This document shows positions 49,801 through 58,419 of a stretch of DNA of 64,000 nucleotides, piece by piece. The notes beneath the pieces were generated by a model. That model saw only the letters and a list, made by a program, of their open reading frames with translations. It did no database searches and was not told the DNA's origin. This DNA is from a virus (lineage: Duplodnaviria; Caudoviricetes): IMG/VR virus record IMGVR_UViG_3300029288_000080, positions 32,001-96,000 of that record; one strand, written 5' to 3'. The translations under genes were made by a program, and so were the position numbers. Positions within the stretch are counted from its first letter, which is position 1. Each line of letters begins with the position of its first letter.

Positions 49801-50880
49801 TGGGAACTTGACACCCCGGTGGGCAAACTGGGCTGCACGGTGCGTAATGGTGAGTTGTTCTGCCGGTTCGACAACCCCGAGGCCGCGGCCCTCGTGACCT
49901 CGTGTAATCCGTATTCCGGAAAATGGAATTTCCATTACACCGGCAAGGACCCCATGGTTGCGGTCGTGGAAGCTCGACAGAAAATTTCACGCCTTATGGA
50001 TCAGGTGGGTCAGCAGCGCGAGACCAGCAAGATCCGCAAGTTTGTTGACAAGTGGAAGGGAGCCAAGGTTAAGGTTGCTATTCCGCTGGATCCCGACCAT
50101 GCCTGGGAGCAAAAGATCCAGCAGTCGAGCAAGTCTGGCATGAAGTTTTTCAGCAATGACGACGCCACCTACGTGGTTACGCCCAGGGGCACCTCGTGGA
50201 TCGTTGCGGTCCCGGGTGAACAACTCGAGGAACCCATCCAGATTTCGGCTGTTCCAGAGGACTCGGTCGCGTTGTCCAGCAACCCTGTGCTGGATCGGTT
50301 GCTCACGCGATTTCCCCGGTGGTGCAGGCGCCAAGGGGTTGGCGGTCGCGCAGCGTCGGTCAAGCCCACGGGCATCCTGCACTCCGCTTCCTTGGGGCTC
50401 CAGATTGGGTTCCGTGGGGGTGCAGCCGTGCTGTCCCGGGATGACGGTGCCACCTGGGAGCAGGCCAGCAAGGTCGATTGGGACCAGGTTCAACTTGATT
50501 GCACAGCCCACCGGTGTGAGCAATACCAAGAATGGCCCCAGGAGGTTCGCGCGACGTTCCAGAAACTAAAAACGCGCGTAGGGGCTAGGTTAGAATGGTA
50601 CGAGCCAGGCGAGGGGTGGTATAGCAACGACCGAGGTGCGGAACCAGACGACGTAGATCTACACGACGACGCCCTTATGCCAGCGGCCGAGGCGTTGGCC
50701 GAGTATACACTGCTGGGTGGACTACCTGATGACCCTGCGGGTCAGAGCCGTAAAAAGCACGCTCACGACCGCTACCAACGCCAACTTGACCTTCTCGCAG
50801 AAAACTTTGGTGTGGACCTGCACCGTCGTCATGACCTCCACCAGCGTATCCGCGGGCTGGCCGATCGGTTGACCGCGTGA
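46855..50880 (+). CDS. Large modular protein with N-terminal DUF5661-like domain and a duplicated internal domain
   Basis: GLQVELEH...KIAWAHLKEKPDYYEGL; repeat TPVG.L.C.V...CRF...C..SG.WN; K/R-x-A linkers. Confidence 0.7.
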   Translation: MSVNPDNRIPEPPFTTAEAGIIGDTIGIIWDQVDFSVDQFLAGLQVELEHGARDPETDVTQDDPYETGKIAWAHLKEKPDYYEGLAAMEKANEPAAQAAPKDEGAIPMSPNNMVAPMDSTTQAKSAEVEKSAVVKRCRPTDCPDKPDDEKRWCLLTHDEKKALKCAPTREEAVKQEKNVNFFKHQGTTMEPRYTILTAAMILREAAQGRDVDDMDLSWDSGAIGTITKELDSAAIRWVQSDAFPKDDETFEMLDPVTDDRALPAKPDEYYPVFIKFCQRYGLDVEDLEKRWGGRSIDHRLTAVARDFAHKIVPQCTEQSRVCQDVGGAMAFTFVSRIPGVIYIAAETEGKQQFNFKPQLTRQYRDDKAAPTKQAGAKRAALVKRNRDLRVAVLVNVKSMWNPKFAEALQRSLTNLGDEPGQHPLDENTLEAQIPDTEVAREALNLYYTVWAATMETLYNFGKKVGNENVLNVTTARLSAAITDQAFGASKLMPEPPAQNLQAEYKQFIQMNKLTKGFDVNQIVQWATGTAGKTYKQWEKALTDRWKQEKPADKSTATPPPVPGGATPPPVPQDARKQKQGAVASVDTDEMAWVKADLDAIQRDIDTLGLEGAARKNLDIMTAALSENQGGINEYVNSFSLDGFTEAFARCGMQVSSKTKVKTAATTRVYFDDLGLVAVIKVTPESQAIMDEMTPHSKYALLLGDEEQFNALKEVEAVVRKQKLSTPPRGAKVQRKAMDLDETRALKNTMKTRMADEPAGLGGPLDRGDFHYMTMDDLRKVPLDPMAGDIGGVSTVTNQLPQGVDDPDVDLEIVDLLLGLGAQHDPDDQYTLMTPVGPLYCRVGHDALYCRFRDIEEALGVVDCDAHSGEWNQYYFDDESPEKFVGRLRKLLNKVMEPPVPMVQVTSPGMADMLGFDQPGPLDPDLGGLPDGLEDFSQVRGAGFLGVKPKTKKLQKAEAMADKALVQMLQEFGAQQNLDAMYDWELDTPVGKLGCTVRNGELFCRFDNPEAAALVTSCNPYSGKWNFHYTGKDPMVAVVEARQKISRLMDQVGQQRETSKIRKFVDKWKGAKVKVAIPLDPDHAWEQKIQQSSKSGMKFFSNDDATYVVTPRGTSWIVAVPGEQLEEPIQISAVPEDSVALSSNPVLDRLLTRFPRWCRRQGVGGRAASVKPTGILHSASLGLQIGFRGGAAVLSRDDGATWEQASKVDWDQVQLDCTAHRCEQYQEWPQEVRATFQKLKTRVGARLEWYEPGEGWYSNDRGAEPDDVDLHDDALMPAAEALAEYTLLGGLPDDPAGQSRKKHAHDRYQRQLDLLAENFGVDLHRRHDLHQRIRGLADRLTA

Positions 50881-51059
50881 CCCTCGCGCAAGCCATTGCC
50901 CTGGCCTGGGTCCAACGGGCCACTATTGACGAGCGTGACGCCCACGCGGTGGCCACCAGCCTGGTCCAGGAAATCAAGTCGATCAAGCGGGAAATCCGCG
51001 ACGAAATCCGTCGGGCCAGGAAACTGGGGGCGGATCGCTACCAAAAGGAAGTGTTGTGA
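50877..51059 (+). CDS. small hypothetical protein
   Basis: Coupled on both sides (GTGA). Confidence 0.45.
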   Translation: MTLAQAIALAWVQRATIDERDAHAVATSLVQEIKSIKREIRDEIRRARKLGADRYQKEVL

Positions 51060-51910
51060 TGCAATCCAAGTCTATGCTTCGAGGAACCCGCAGGGTTGCC
51101 GCGGCCCCCGAGATGCCCATTGAGTTTTTTAACGCGTACGTGGAAGCGGCGCTCTGGAGCACCACCGACAACTCCGACGAGCAAGGTGGTGAACCCCTGG
51201 ACCAGAACTACTCGGTTGACGACATTGCCGACGAGTCGTTGGCCGCGATGGAGCAGGATTGCCAGGCGTTCTGGCAGGCCAACCACGAGGACCTTGGGCA
51301 GTATCGTGACCCGCAGTACAGCGCCGCTGAACTTGGTGGCCATGATTTCTGGCTGACTCGGAATGGCCACGGCGCTGGTTTCTGGGATGGCGATTTGCCC
51401 GATGACGTAGGCAAGCGCCTGACCGAGGCCGCCAAGGCATTTGGAGAGGACGACCTGTATGTCGGGGACGACGGCAAGATCTACAACTCGGCTACGCCGC
51501 ACCAGTACAACGAAGCCCTTGACCAGCAGCCCGAGTGGGTCAGGGGTGCTGGAGTGCGCGGGGATAAGGCAGTAAACCGCTCTAAGAATAAGCGTATCGT
51601 TCAGACTATGGACGACATTAAAACAGCGTTGGTCCAGATTGGCTACACTCATCGGCAACAGGGTATCGCGGACCAGTACCAGCAAGAAGTGTCCGACGTT
51701 GACTCTGAGGTCAAACGGTTAACCACGGTGTTCAAGCAGCATGGACTGGTGGGGTTCCATAATCGGGAGGATGACCCTGCGGTCACGACTTGGCATTTCG
51801 ACAGTGCTGGTGCCCAGCGTGGATTTGGTGCCAAGGTCATGGTTTATAGCGATCAACCCAACCTGGTCCTGGTCAACGTCATGGATTCAAATTCGGTGAG
51901 GTCCTGGTAG
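51059..51910 (+). CDS. hypothetical protein (FWLTRNGHGAGFWD domain)
   Basis: Motif I recall from phage hypothetical proteins; LRGTRRVA leader. Confidence 0.65.
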   Translation: MQSKSMLRGTRRVAAAPEMPIEFFNAYVEAALWSTTDNSDEQGGEPLDQNYSVDDIADESLAAMEQDCQAFWQANHEDLGQYRDPQYSAAELGGHDFWLTRNGHGAGFWDGDLPDDVGKRLTEAAKAFGEDDLYVGDDGKIYNSATPHQYNEALDQQPEWVRGAGVRGDKAVNRSKNKRIVQTMDDIKTALVQIGYTHRQQGIADQYQQEVSDVDSEVKRLTTVFKQHGLVGFHNREDDPAVTTWHFDSAGAQRGFGAKVMVYSDQPNLVLVNVMDSNSVRSW

Positions 51911-51913
51911 AAA

Positions 51914-52336
51914 ATGCCCCATTATAATCCACGGGCTGCGATCCACCCGGTGTACCCCAAGGTTGTGCCAGACGAGTTCAACCCCGGATACCACTCGGTC
52001 ATGACCCCTACCCACCATTACCGGAGTGTCCCCCAGGGCGACGTCCCGGTGCTGTTGCAGCATTTGCACGACATCGAAAACTATGACGGGCTTCCTACTG
52101 ATTTTAGGGTCCGGTACACCACGGGGACCGGGAGCAACGCGGCCGGCACCGAGTACGAACAGTGGCCCGGTGAACCCACCGAGGATGCCATCCGGGCCCA
52201 CGTGGGCGACGAGATCGATTGGCCTGGTGGCCGCGCCGAGGTCGTCGGGATTTACCGGGACATCGACGGTGACATTGACCAAGAAGGCAATGTCGCGTGG
52301 GTCACGTTTATCGTGCGGCCTGTGGGCCAGAGGTAG
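51914..52336 (+). CDS. hypothetical protein
   Basis: ORF in operon. Confidence 0.6.
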   Translation: MPHYNPRAAIHPVYPKVVPDEFNPGYHSVMTPTHHYRSVPQGDVPVLLQHLHDIENYDGLPTDFRVRYTTGTGSNAAGTEYEQWPGEPTEDAIRAHVGDEIDWPGGRAEVVGIYRDIDGDIDQEGNVAWVTFIVRPVGQR

Positions 52337-52339
52337 AAG

Positions 52340-52666
52340 ATGTCCAGGTTCAGGATTGCCCAGCCCGACCCCGACGCGATGCCGCTCCTGCAGGTGGGCG
52401 ACTCAGTCGGGACCCCAGAGGGTCAAGGGATTGTCGTCAATATCGCGCTGCAGATCGCCGACTACCAAGGGGACGTCCAGATCGATCCCCCGGCTATCCT
52501 GATCCAGTTGGAATCAGGGCAAACCCAGCAGTTTTGCCTGTGCGAACTGGACTTTGGGTCGGAAGAAATCAACGAAACGGTCGGGAAGGAATTTTCCCGC
52601 CTTTGGCCCCCGATCGACATGGATGTCCCGGATGCCGCTGTTGTCCTGGCGGCCCGGAAGGAATAG
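52340..52666 (+). CDS. hypothetical protein (MSRFRIA leader)
   Basis: ORF in operon. Confidence 0.6.
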   Translation: MSRFRIAQPDPDAMPLLQVGDSVGTPEGQGIVVNIALQIADYQGDVQIDPPAILIQLESGQTQQFCLCELDFGSEEINETVGKEFSRLWPPIDMDVPDAAVVLAARKE

Positions 52667-52668
52667 CG

Positions 52669-53805
52669 ATGCTCCCTGCAGTTGGAACCAAAATCAAGAC
52701 GCTCGAGGGTGTTGACCTCGGTGGTGGTGCTGTGGTCCAGCGGGTGGGTCCTGGTAAGACCACGCTCCTGTTGACCGACCAAAACCGTATCGTGACCTAC
52801 CGGGTGCCCGACGATATCGCGTGGGCCCCAGACGACCAACTTGACGCCACTGGGCTGGACGACACCGTCGTGGACGAGTCAGCTCAGGATTTCGGCCCTG
52901 CTACCAAACGGATCACCCGGCTCCCCAAGCAATGGGGGCCCGCAGACCCGAACCATTTTTCCCCGATGTCCGACGTGACCTGGCGACCCGAACAGTGGGA
53001 CCAGCGGTATCTCCGGCGCTGGTACAGCAAGGAAATCGAAATGCCCAAACAATCGGTTGACTATCTTCGTGGAACCCGCCGGACCGCTATCAAGGACACC
53101 ACCGCGGCCGATTCTCACGCAACCATGGACCTTGTTCAATGGGACCCTGAAGGTGCTGACCAGAAGCCTGCTGAACTGGAAGCTTTGGCCCTACAGTTCC
53201 GCCAGGACCTCGATGCCCTCACGATCGAGTGGCATCCCCAGTTCGGCCGGGGCAACAATGTCAGCCCCTCAGAGTTCATGCTGGTCTGGGGCCCTGACCA
53301 AGAGTTGGCTCCGGGTCAACAAGATGAACTCTGGCGCTTTATGGTCTCGGCCAAGATGTACGATGTCCGCGAGTATCAGGCGTGGAAACGACTGCGTTCC
53401 AGTGACCAGTGGCTCCGGAGTGAGTTGCCCAGGGCAGCCAGGACCGCCGACACCCTGGTGCAGCACCCTGGCCCCATGGAGATCGACGTCGAGGACTGGT
53501 TCGACGACATTGATCCTTGGGTAGACTGGCTGGCCCGCTTTGACTCGTTTGACCGTGCAGTCCAAGTGGCCCACAAGGTCGCGGCAGAAGAGGGAGCAGT
53601 GCTGGCCCGGGATGTCTTCCAGTACGCCCAGAAGGTCGTGCTGGACGCCAGGGACCGCTACCAGGAGGGCACTCTGGACCTGGACCCTGGCCAACTCGTC
53701 AGGCTCAACCAGTACCTTGCGGAGATGCACCTGGACCCCGTGGAAGGCCCTGACGAGACCCGTGGCCAGGACCTTGCTGACATCAGGCAGGTGTGGGGCA
53801 GGTGA
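52669..53805 (+). CDS. modular hypothetical protein (internal start at 53041)
   Basis: RBS AAGGA at both starts; LRGTRRTA and ARTAD motifs. Confidence 0.6.
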   Translation: MLPAVGTKIKTLEGVDLGGGAVVQRVGPGKTTLLLTDQNRIVTYRVPDDIAWAPDDQLDATGLDDTVVDESAQDFGPATKRITRLPKQWGPADPNHFSPMSDVTWRPEQWDQRYLRRWYSKEIEMPKQSVDYLRGTRRTAIKDTTAADSHATMDLVQWDPEGADQKPAELEALALQFRQDLDALTIEWHPQFGRGNNVSPSEFMLVWGPDQELAPGQQDELWRFMVSAKMYDVREYQAWKRLRSSDQWLRSELPRAARTADTLVQHPGPMEIDVEDWFDDIDPWVDWLARFDSFDRAVQVAHKVAAEEGAVLARDVFQYAQKVVLDARDRYQEGTLDLDPGQLVRLNQYLAEMHLDPVEGPDETRGQDLADIRQVWGR

Positions 53806-55385
53806 TGTCCCAGATGCCCCAGCGAGGACGGGTCTGGCGGCGCCAGGAGGCCCTAGGACAGGGGCGCCAGCCTCGTCCGGAGTCTGGTCGCCTGGTCGCC
53901 CAGCACCTCGTCCTGGTCATCAGGGTGGCCAACGGCGTCGTCCACTACGCCGACTACACTGCCCATATCAAATCGCCCATCAGGGCTGCTTGGCATATGG
54001 ACCTGGACAGGTTCACGGTGTTGTACCAGTTTGACGCCAAGGCAACGAAGAACAGGACAGCCAGGCTGGCTGCTACCCCGGCGGTCCCGGCGGCTGACCC
54101 CGCCAACGTGGTGGACGCCCAAGGGCTCACGACCGACCCCAGGACCATCCCTTACTTGCCCATCGCCGACAAAGTCGTCAAGCAGTACAAAATCATCTCG
54201 ACCACTGGGTACCCTGTCAGGGCGGTAGTTGAAGGCGATGGCGTTGATCTGTTCTACCAGTTGGACCGGATGTCCAGCAAGAGTGCCACGCTTCAATTGG
54301 ATTTCAAGCAAGGGGCCCAGCAGCCCCAGGAAGTTATCTTCACGCTTCAGTGCGCCAAGCCCGAGCCTTTTGTGGCCCCGACGCCCAAGTGCACAATCCC
54401 ACAGTTGCTCACGGCCTTGGCGTCGTTGCAGCACTGTGCCACTAAGCCCAAATCAGCCAAATACACCAAAGACCAGATCGCCAAGGAGACCGCCAAGGCC
54501 CAGGTGGTCGATCTGCTGGTCGGGTTGCTCAACAGCAATCCTGGCCGTTGGGGTGAACTTCCGCAGAAACCCAAAGATCTGGTCGCGTGGCTATCCGAAA
54601 CCCCCGAGTCCATCAAACAGTTCAAAGATCTGATTGGTTTTCTCAAGACCGTGGGAGCGCAACGCTGGGCCGACATTCTGAAGCGGGTGCAGATCCGCCA
54701 GGCAGTCGGGACTCCAGTATTGCCTGCCATCGAGGCGTCGATCCTGCAGGTCATCCGGCATGAATGGAAGGGCGACGTTTCACTGGCCGGCCAATACGGG
54801 GTTGTACAAAACAATGCCGACGGCACCGTCCTGGTCCAGTTGTTTGGTGCCCCATACCCGACGTTTTTCGCCATGACGCCCCAAGGTAAAATTGCCGAAA
54901 TGAATGTGTCGCTGTGCGAGGGGGACTTCGCGACCAAGAACCCCCAAGTGATGCCCAGGCTCATCACGGCCGAGATTTCGCTGTTTGCGGCTCGCAAGGG
55001 AACCGCGGCCCCGGGCAAGAGCCCAGCGGCCCCCACTGACCTCAAGGCCCTGATGCCCCAGTTTGCCGACATGAAGCCCGAACAACTGCGTGCCCTGCTG
55101 GACAAGGGTGTGGTGGTCCAGCAGGACGCCAACAAGAATATGCTGATCCAGGTCAACCGGGGCAAGGACCCTGCCCCGGTGTTCACCCTGCAGGCCCCGA
55201 CCCGAAACGATACCTTGGCCGACCAGCAGGCTGCCCAGGCGGAATTGCAACTGGAGATCGCCCAGGCGGTTGAACAGGCCGGCACCCCCTACTACTTCAT
55301 GGTGCGGCCGACCCAGCAGGGCGAGCTTCGCGTCACGGTCCTGACCCCCGACAACCCTACCCCGATCCACAGTTTCAAACTTTAG
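53805..55385 (+). CDS. hypothetical protein
   Basis: Long ORF coupled to upstream gene. Confidence 0.65.
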   Translation: MSQMPQRGRVWRRQEALGQGRQPRPESGRLVAQHLVLVIRVANGVVHYADYTAHIKSPIRAAWHMDLDRFTVLYQFDAKATKNRTARLAATPAVPAADPANVVDAQGLTTDPRTIPYLPIADKVVKQYKIISTTGYPVRAVVEGDGVDLFYQLDRMSSKSATLQLDFKQGAQQPQEVIFTLQCAKPEPFVAPTPKCTIPQLLTALASLQHCATKPKSAKYTKDQIAKETAKAQVVDLLVGLLNSNPGRWGELPQKPKDLVAWLSETPESIKQFKDLIGFLKTVGAQRWADILKRVQIRQAVGTPVLPAIEASILQVIRHEWKGDVSLAGQYGVVQNNADGTVLVQLFGAPYPTFFAMTPQGKIAEMNVSLCEGDFATKNPQVMPRLITAEISLFAARKGTAAPGKSPAAPTDLKALMPQFADMKPEQLRALLDKGVVVQQDANKNMLIQVNRGKDPAPVFTLQAPTRNDTLADQQAAQAELQLEIAQAVEQAGTPYYFMVRPTQQGELRVTVLTPDNPTPIHSFKL

Positions 55386-55418
55386 CGGCTAATCCTGGTG
55401 CTGCTGGCACCAGGCCAT

Positions 55419-55434
55419 CACGTTAATCTATAAT
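55419..55434 (+). promoter_or_regulatory. putative phage late promoter (representative copy)
   Basis: CACGTTA-ATC-TATAAT; related copies at 6889, 13722, 15288, 31029, 32973, 33054, 42358, 43357, 58368. Confidence 0.7.
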
Positions 55435-55503
55435 GGGAAATCAGCCCAGCTGGGCTGATTTTACGCTACAGTTTTGCTCTCCTGACCCATCGAGGAAATC
55501 CCC

Positions 55504-57186
55504 ATGTTGAAGGAAACGGTAATCTCCCGTGATGTCGCGACTGCGGCCCAGACACTTGACCACGATGTCGGCGCTGCAACCTACAGTCTTGCTCCTACGC
55601 TCGCGACCCAAGGATTCTACCTGCGCGCCGCGGCGGGAAGAAACTACGATGCGTATGAAATTACCGCGTCGTTCGCAGGCGGCGACGGAACTGCGGTGTG
55701 CACGGTTAGGCCCTGGTTTTGGGTACCAGCCCATGATCCCACCGGACTGGCCGGCGGCACCTGGATCGCGGGCAAATACATTGAAGGTATTTCGGCCGGG
55801 GCAATCGCGACCGACACGAGAGCACCTGCGCGGCGGCTAAATTCGGTGCCGGTGGCCGCTACGCGCTGCTATCTTCAAGTTGTAGCGATCACGGGTACGG
55901 CCCCGACCAACGTGTACATCACGTGCTATGGCTTGGAAGGCCCGGTCGCAACCGTCGACGCCGACGCTTTGGAAGTGGACATCGAGGGTGGCGACATTGA
56001 AATTGGTGCAGTGGAAATCAAAGACCACACCACCGACGAACGCGGCCATGTCAAAAAGGCCAACGCGGTCGTCGCGGTCGACGACACGGTCCAGATGGTC
56101 CAGATCCAGGGCCCCGATGGTCTTGCTACGCCGTCGGGTGCGTCATCGGCGGTACCAGTTTGGGTTGATCTGGCCCACGCGCCCGTCAGTGCTTTCACGC
56201 AGGCGACGCATAATAGCCCGGCCGATTTTGCCGCTGGGTTCACGAGCAACGTTTCGGTAACGTGCAGCGGGGCACCTTTCGTAATTTCGGATGCGAACTG
56301 CCGGATTGTGTATCTGTTGTACAAACCGGTGGCTGGGATTTGGTCGGCTCCATTGATCAACGGAGCCAATGGCGTGTCAATGACGTCGGCGGCCAACGTC
56401 ATTACCGTAGTGGGTGCTGGGACACCTTTCGCCGCCGGTGACATCTACTGGGTGGGGGTCCAGCAACGTGTTCCTGCTGCTGTCAGTGCGTTTGCGGAAG
56501 CGACTCACGTCTGTCCTTCCGATTTTTCGGCGGCGTTCGCGACCAACGTGACGGTTCTGTGCAGCGGGGCGCCCTTCACAATCGACAGTGCCGATAATCG
56601 CGTCGTATATTTGCTGTACCGGCCGGCGGCTGGAAACTGGTCGGCCCCATTGGTCAATGGGGCCAATGGAGTCTCGCTAACCGCCGCTGCCAATGTCATC
56701 ACGGTCACGGGAGCGGGCACGCCGTTCGCCGCTGGCGATACCTATTGGATCGGGGTCCAGGCACAGGAGAAGGGATTCAGTTCCGCAGGTAACTATAACA
56801 ATGTTACAGAGGTCAGTCCGATCAATTTAGTGCCGATCACCGAGACACTCATAAACTCGACCAATGTGGCGGCAGCCACGGTTCAGCTCCCGAGTGCCAG
56901 TGGCATGTCGATGCTCGGTTTTTCTGGTCTAAGCATTTCCGGCCAGTTGATCGACGTGAGTTCCTTGATCGTCGAGGTCACCGACGACGATTCTGGAACC
57001 CTATGGCACCAGGTCTATTTCTATGATTGCGTCAACAATCTCGTCACCAATATCATCACGGCCACAGGCATCACGGTCAACTTTGCCATCAGCGTCGACA
57101 ACTGCAATTTTCATTCGGTGCGGGTCACGTACGTGACCCCCGACGCAACAAATACCCTGAACGTGCGCTGCCGCAGGATTTATTAA
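55504..57186 (+). CDS. virion structural protein, beta-rich, with 99-aa tandem duplication
   Basis: A/T/V/G-rich; repeat units begin at 56185 and 56482. Confidence 0.65.
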   Translation: MLKETVISRDVATAAQTLDHDVGAATYSLAPTLATQGFYLRAAAGRNYDAYEITASFAGGDGTAVCTVRPWFWVPAHDPTGLAGGTWIAGKYIEGISAGAIATDTRAPARRLNSVPVAATRCYLQVVAITGTAPTNVYITCYGLEGPVATVDADALEVDIEGGDIEIGAVEIKDHTTDERGHVKKANAVVAVDDTVQMVQIQGPDGLATPSGASSAVPVWVDLAHAPVSAFTQATHNSPADFAAGFTSNVSVTCSGAPFVISDANCRIVYLLYKPVAGIWSAPLINGANGVSMTSAANVITVVGAGTPFAAGDIYWVGVQQRVPAAVSAFAEATHVCPSDFSAAFATNVTVLCSGAPFTIDSADNRVVYLLYRPAAGNWSAPLVNGANGVSLTAAANVITVTGAGTPFAAGDTYWIGVQAQEKGFSSAGNYNNVTEVSPINLVPITETLINSTNVAAATVQLPSASGMSMLGFSGLSISGQLIDVSSLIVEVTDDDSGTLWHQVYFYDCVNNLVTNIITATGITVNFAISVDNCNFHSVRVTYVTPDATNTLNVRCRRIY

Positions 57187-57198
57187 AGGAGCACCAAG

Positions 57199-57600
57199 AT
57201 GCAATTCTGTCTGTACAAAGATCGTTTTGTTGAGTTTAACCTGGACTTCACCCAGGCGGCCGGCGCCAGCTATGACGCCTGCACGGCTTCAGGCGACGTC
57301 ATGGTGTTGGGCTGCAACGTATACGTTGAAATTCCCGGCGGCGGAGATTTGACCTCAATTTCCGTTCAGAGCACGGCCACGACCCCCATGGTTCTGCTCA
57401 CGGCCGGCGAAGGCATTACCGCGAATCTCCTGGCCCAGAGCCATCCAGCCGCCGCGTGCCAAGCCTGGATTGCGCCCTGGACCCTTCGGTCCGGCCACAA
57501 GATCCAGTACACCATCACGGCGGCAGGGGCAGCCCATACGGGCTCGGGCAAACTCATTGTTCACTGGGCTCCAATCTCTGCCGGAGCAGTGTTGACTTAG
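57199..57600 (+). CDS. putative virion structural protein
   Basis: RBS AAGGAG; beta-rich composition. Confidence 0.55.
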   Translation: MQFCLYKDRFVEFNLDFTQAAGASYDACTASGDVMVLGCNVYVEIPGGGDLTSISVQSTATTPMVLLTAGEGITANLLAQSHPAAACQAWIAPWTLRSGHKIQYTITAAGAAHTGSGKLIVHWAPISAGAVLT

Positions 57601-57602
57601 CC

Positions 57603-58151
57603 ATGCCGATGCTACCTGAAACCGAACTCAAGAAAATTGATCTCGCCGGCACCCAGGGGCTGACCGGCACGGTCGATTCCTTGGCCTATCGGGTCCAAGA
57701 GGTCGAGCACCATTTCCACAGCGCCAACCTGTGCTACGGCAAGGCCGCGGGCGACAACATGCTGCTCGATTCATTGGTGCCGTTTGTTGCCACGGCGGGG
57801 GCCATCGGGGTCTATGGGGTCGAGACCCTGTGCCACGACGGCACCGTCGTGCAGGGCGGCTCTGCCGTCCAGAAAATGGACTTCGGCCGGATCGTTGTGC
57901 TATCCAGCACCGCGGCGGCCGGCGCACTCTACATCCTGCAGTTCCTCCACGGCACCGCTGACATCGGGACCGCCGAGATCGCGACCTCCATGTACTATGT
58001 GGTCCCTGGGGTCGGGATGCAGAAATCGAGCGGCATTGTGATCTCGGTGCCGAGAATGCCGTGCAACCACAAGATTTGGGCCAAGACGAAATGCAGCGCC
58101 GCAGGTGAAACCATTTCATTCCTGTTCGACATCCACGTGTACCCCGGGTAG
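57603..58151 (+). CDS. putative virion structural protein
   Basis: beta-rich composition, in operon. Confidence 0.55.
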   Translation: MPMLPETELKKIDLAGTQGLTGTVDSLAYRVQEVEHHFHSANLCYGKAAGDNMLLDSLVPFVATAGAIGVYGVETLCHDGTVVQGGSAVQKMDFGRIVVLSSTAAAGALYILQFLHGTADIGTAEIATSMYYVVPGVGMQKSSGIVISVPRMPCNHKIWAKTKCSAAGETISFLFDIHVYPG

Positions 58152-58155
58152 CACC

Positions 58156-58332
58156 ATGGACCTAACTGACCGCATAGTTGACTTCCTGGTGGAAGAGCAC
58201 CGCGACGGTAAGCTGACTCCCGAGCAGGTCGATAAAATAGTGCGGGCGTTCTGTCCTGGAGCGACCACGCGGGATTCCAGTACTGCCACGACGATCAAGA
58301 TGGCCATTATGAAAGACCACGACTGCCCCTAG
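58156..58332 (+). CDS. small hypothetical protein
   Basis: In operon. Confidence 0.45.
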   Translation: MDLTDRIVDFLVEEHRDGKLTPEQVDKIVRAFCPGATTRDSSTATTIKMAIMKDHDCP

Positions 58333-58419
58333 CTCCACGTTGATTTTCTTTTCCTGCCTGACCTGTTAACCTTAATCTTTATTAGGTATCGTTTACTGAG
58401 CCTTGACCCAGGGATGTAG

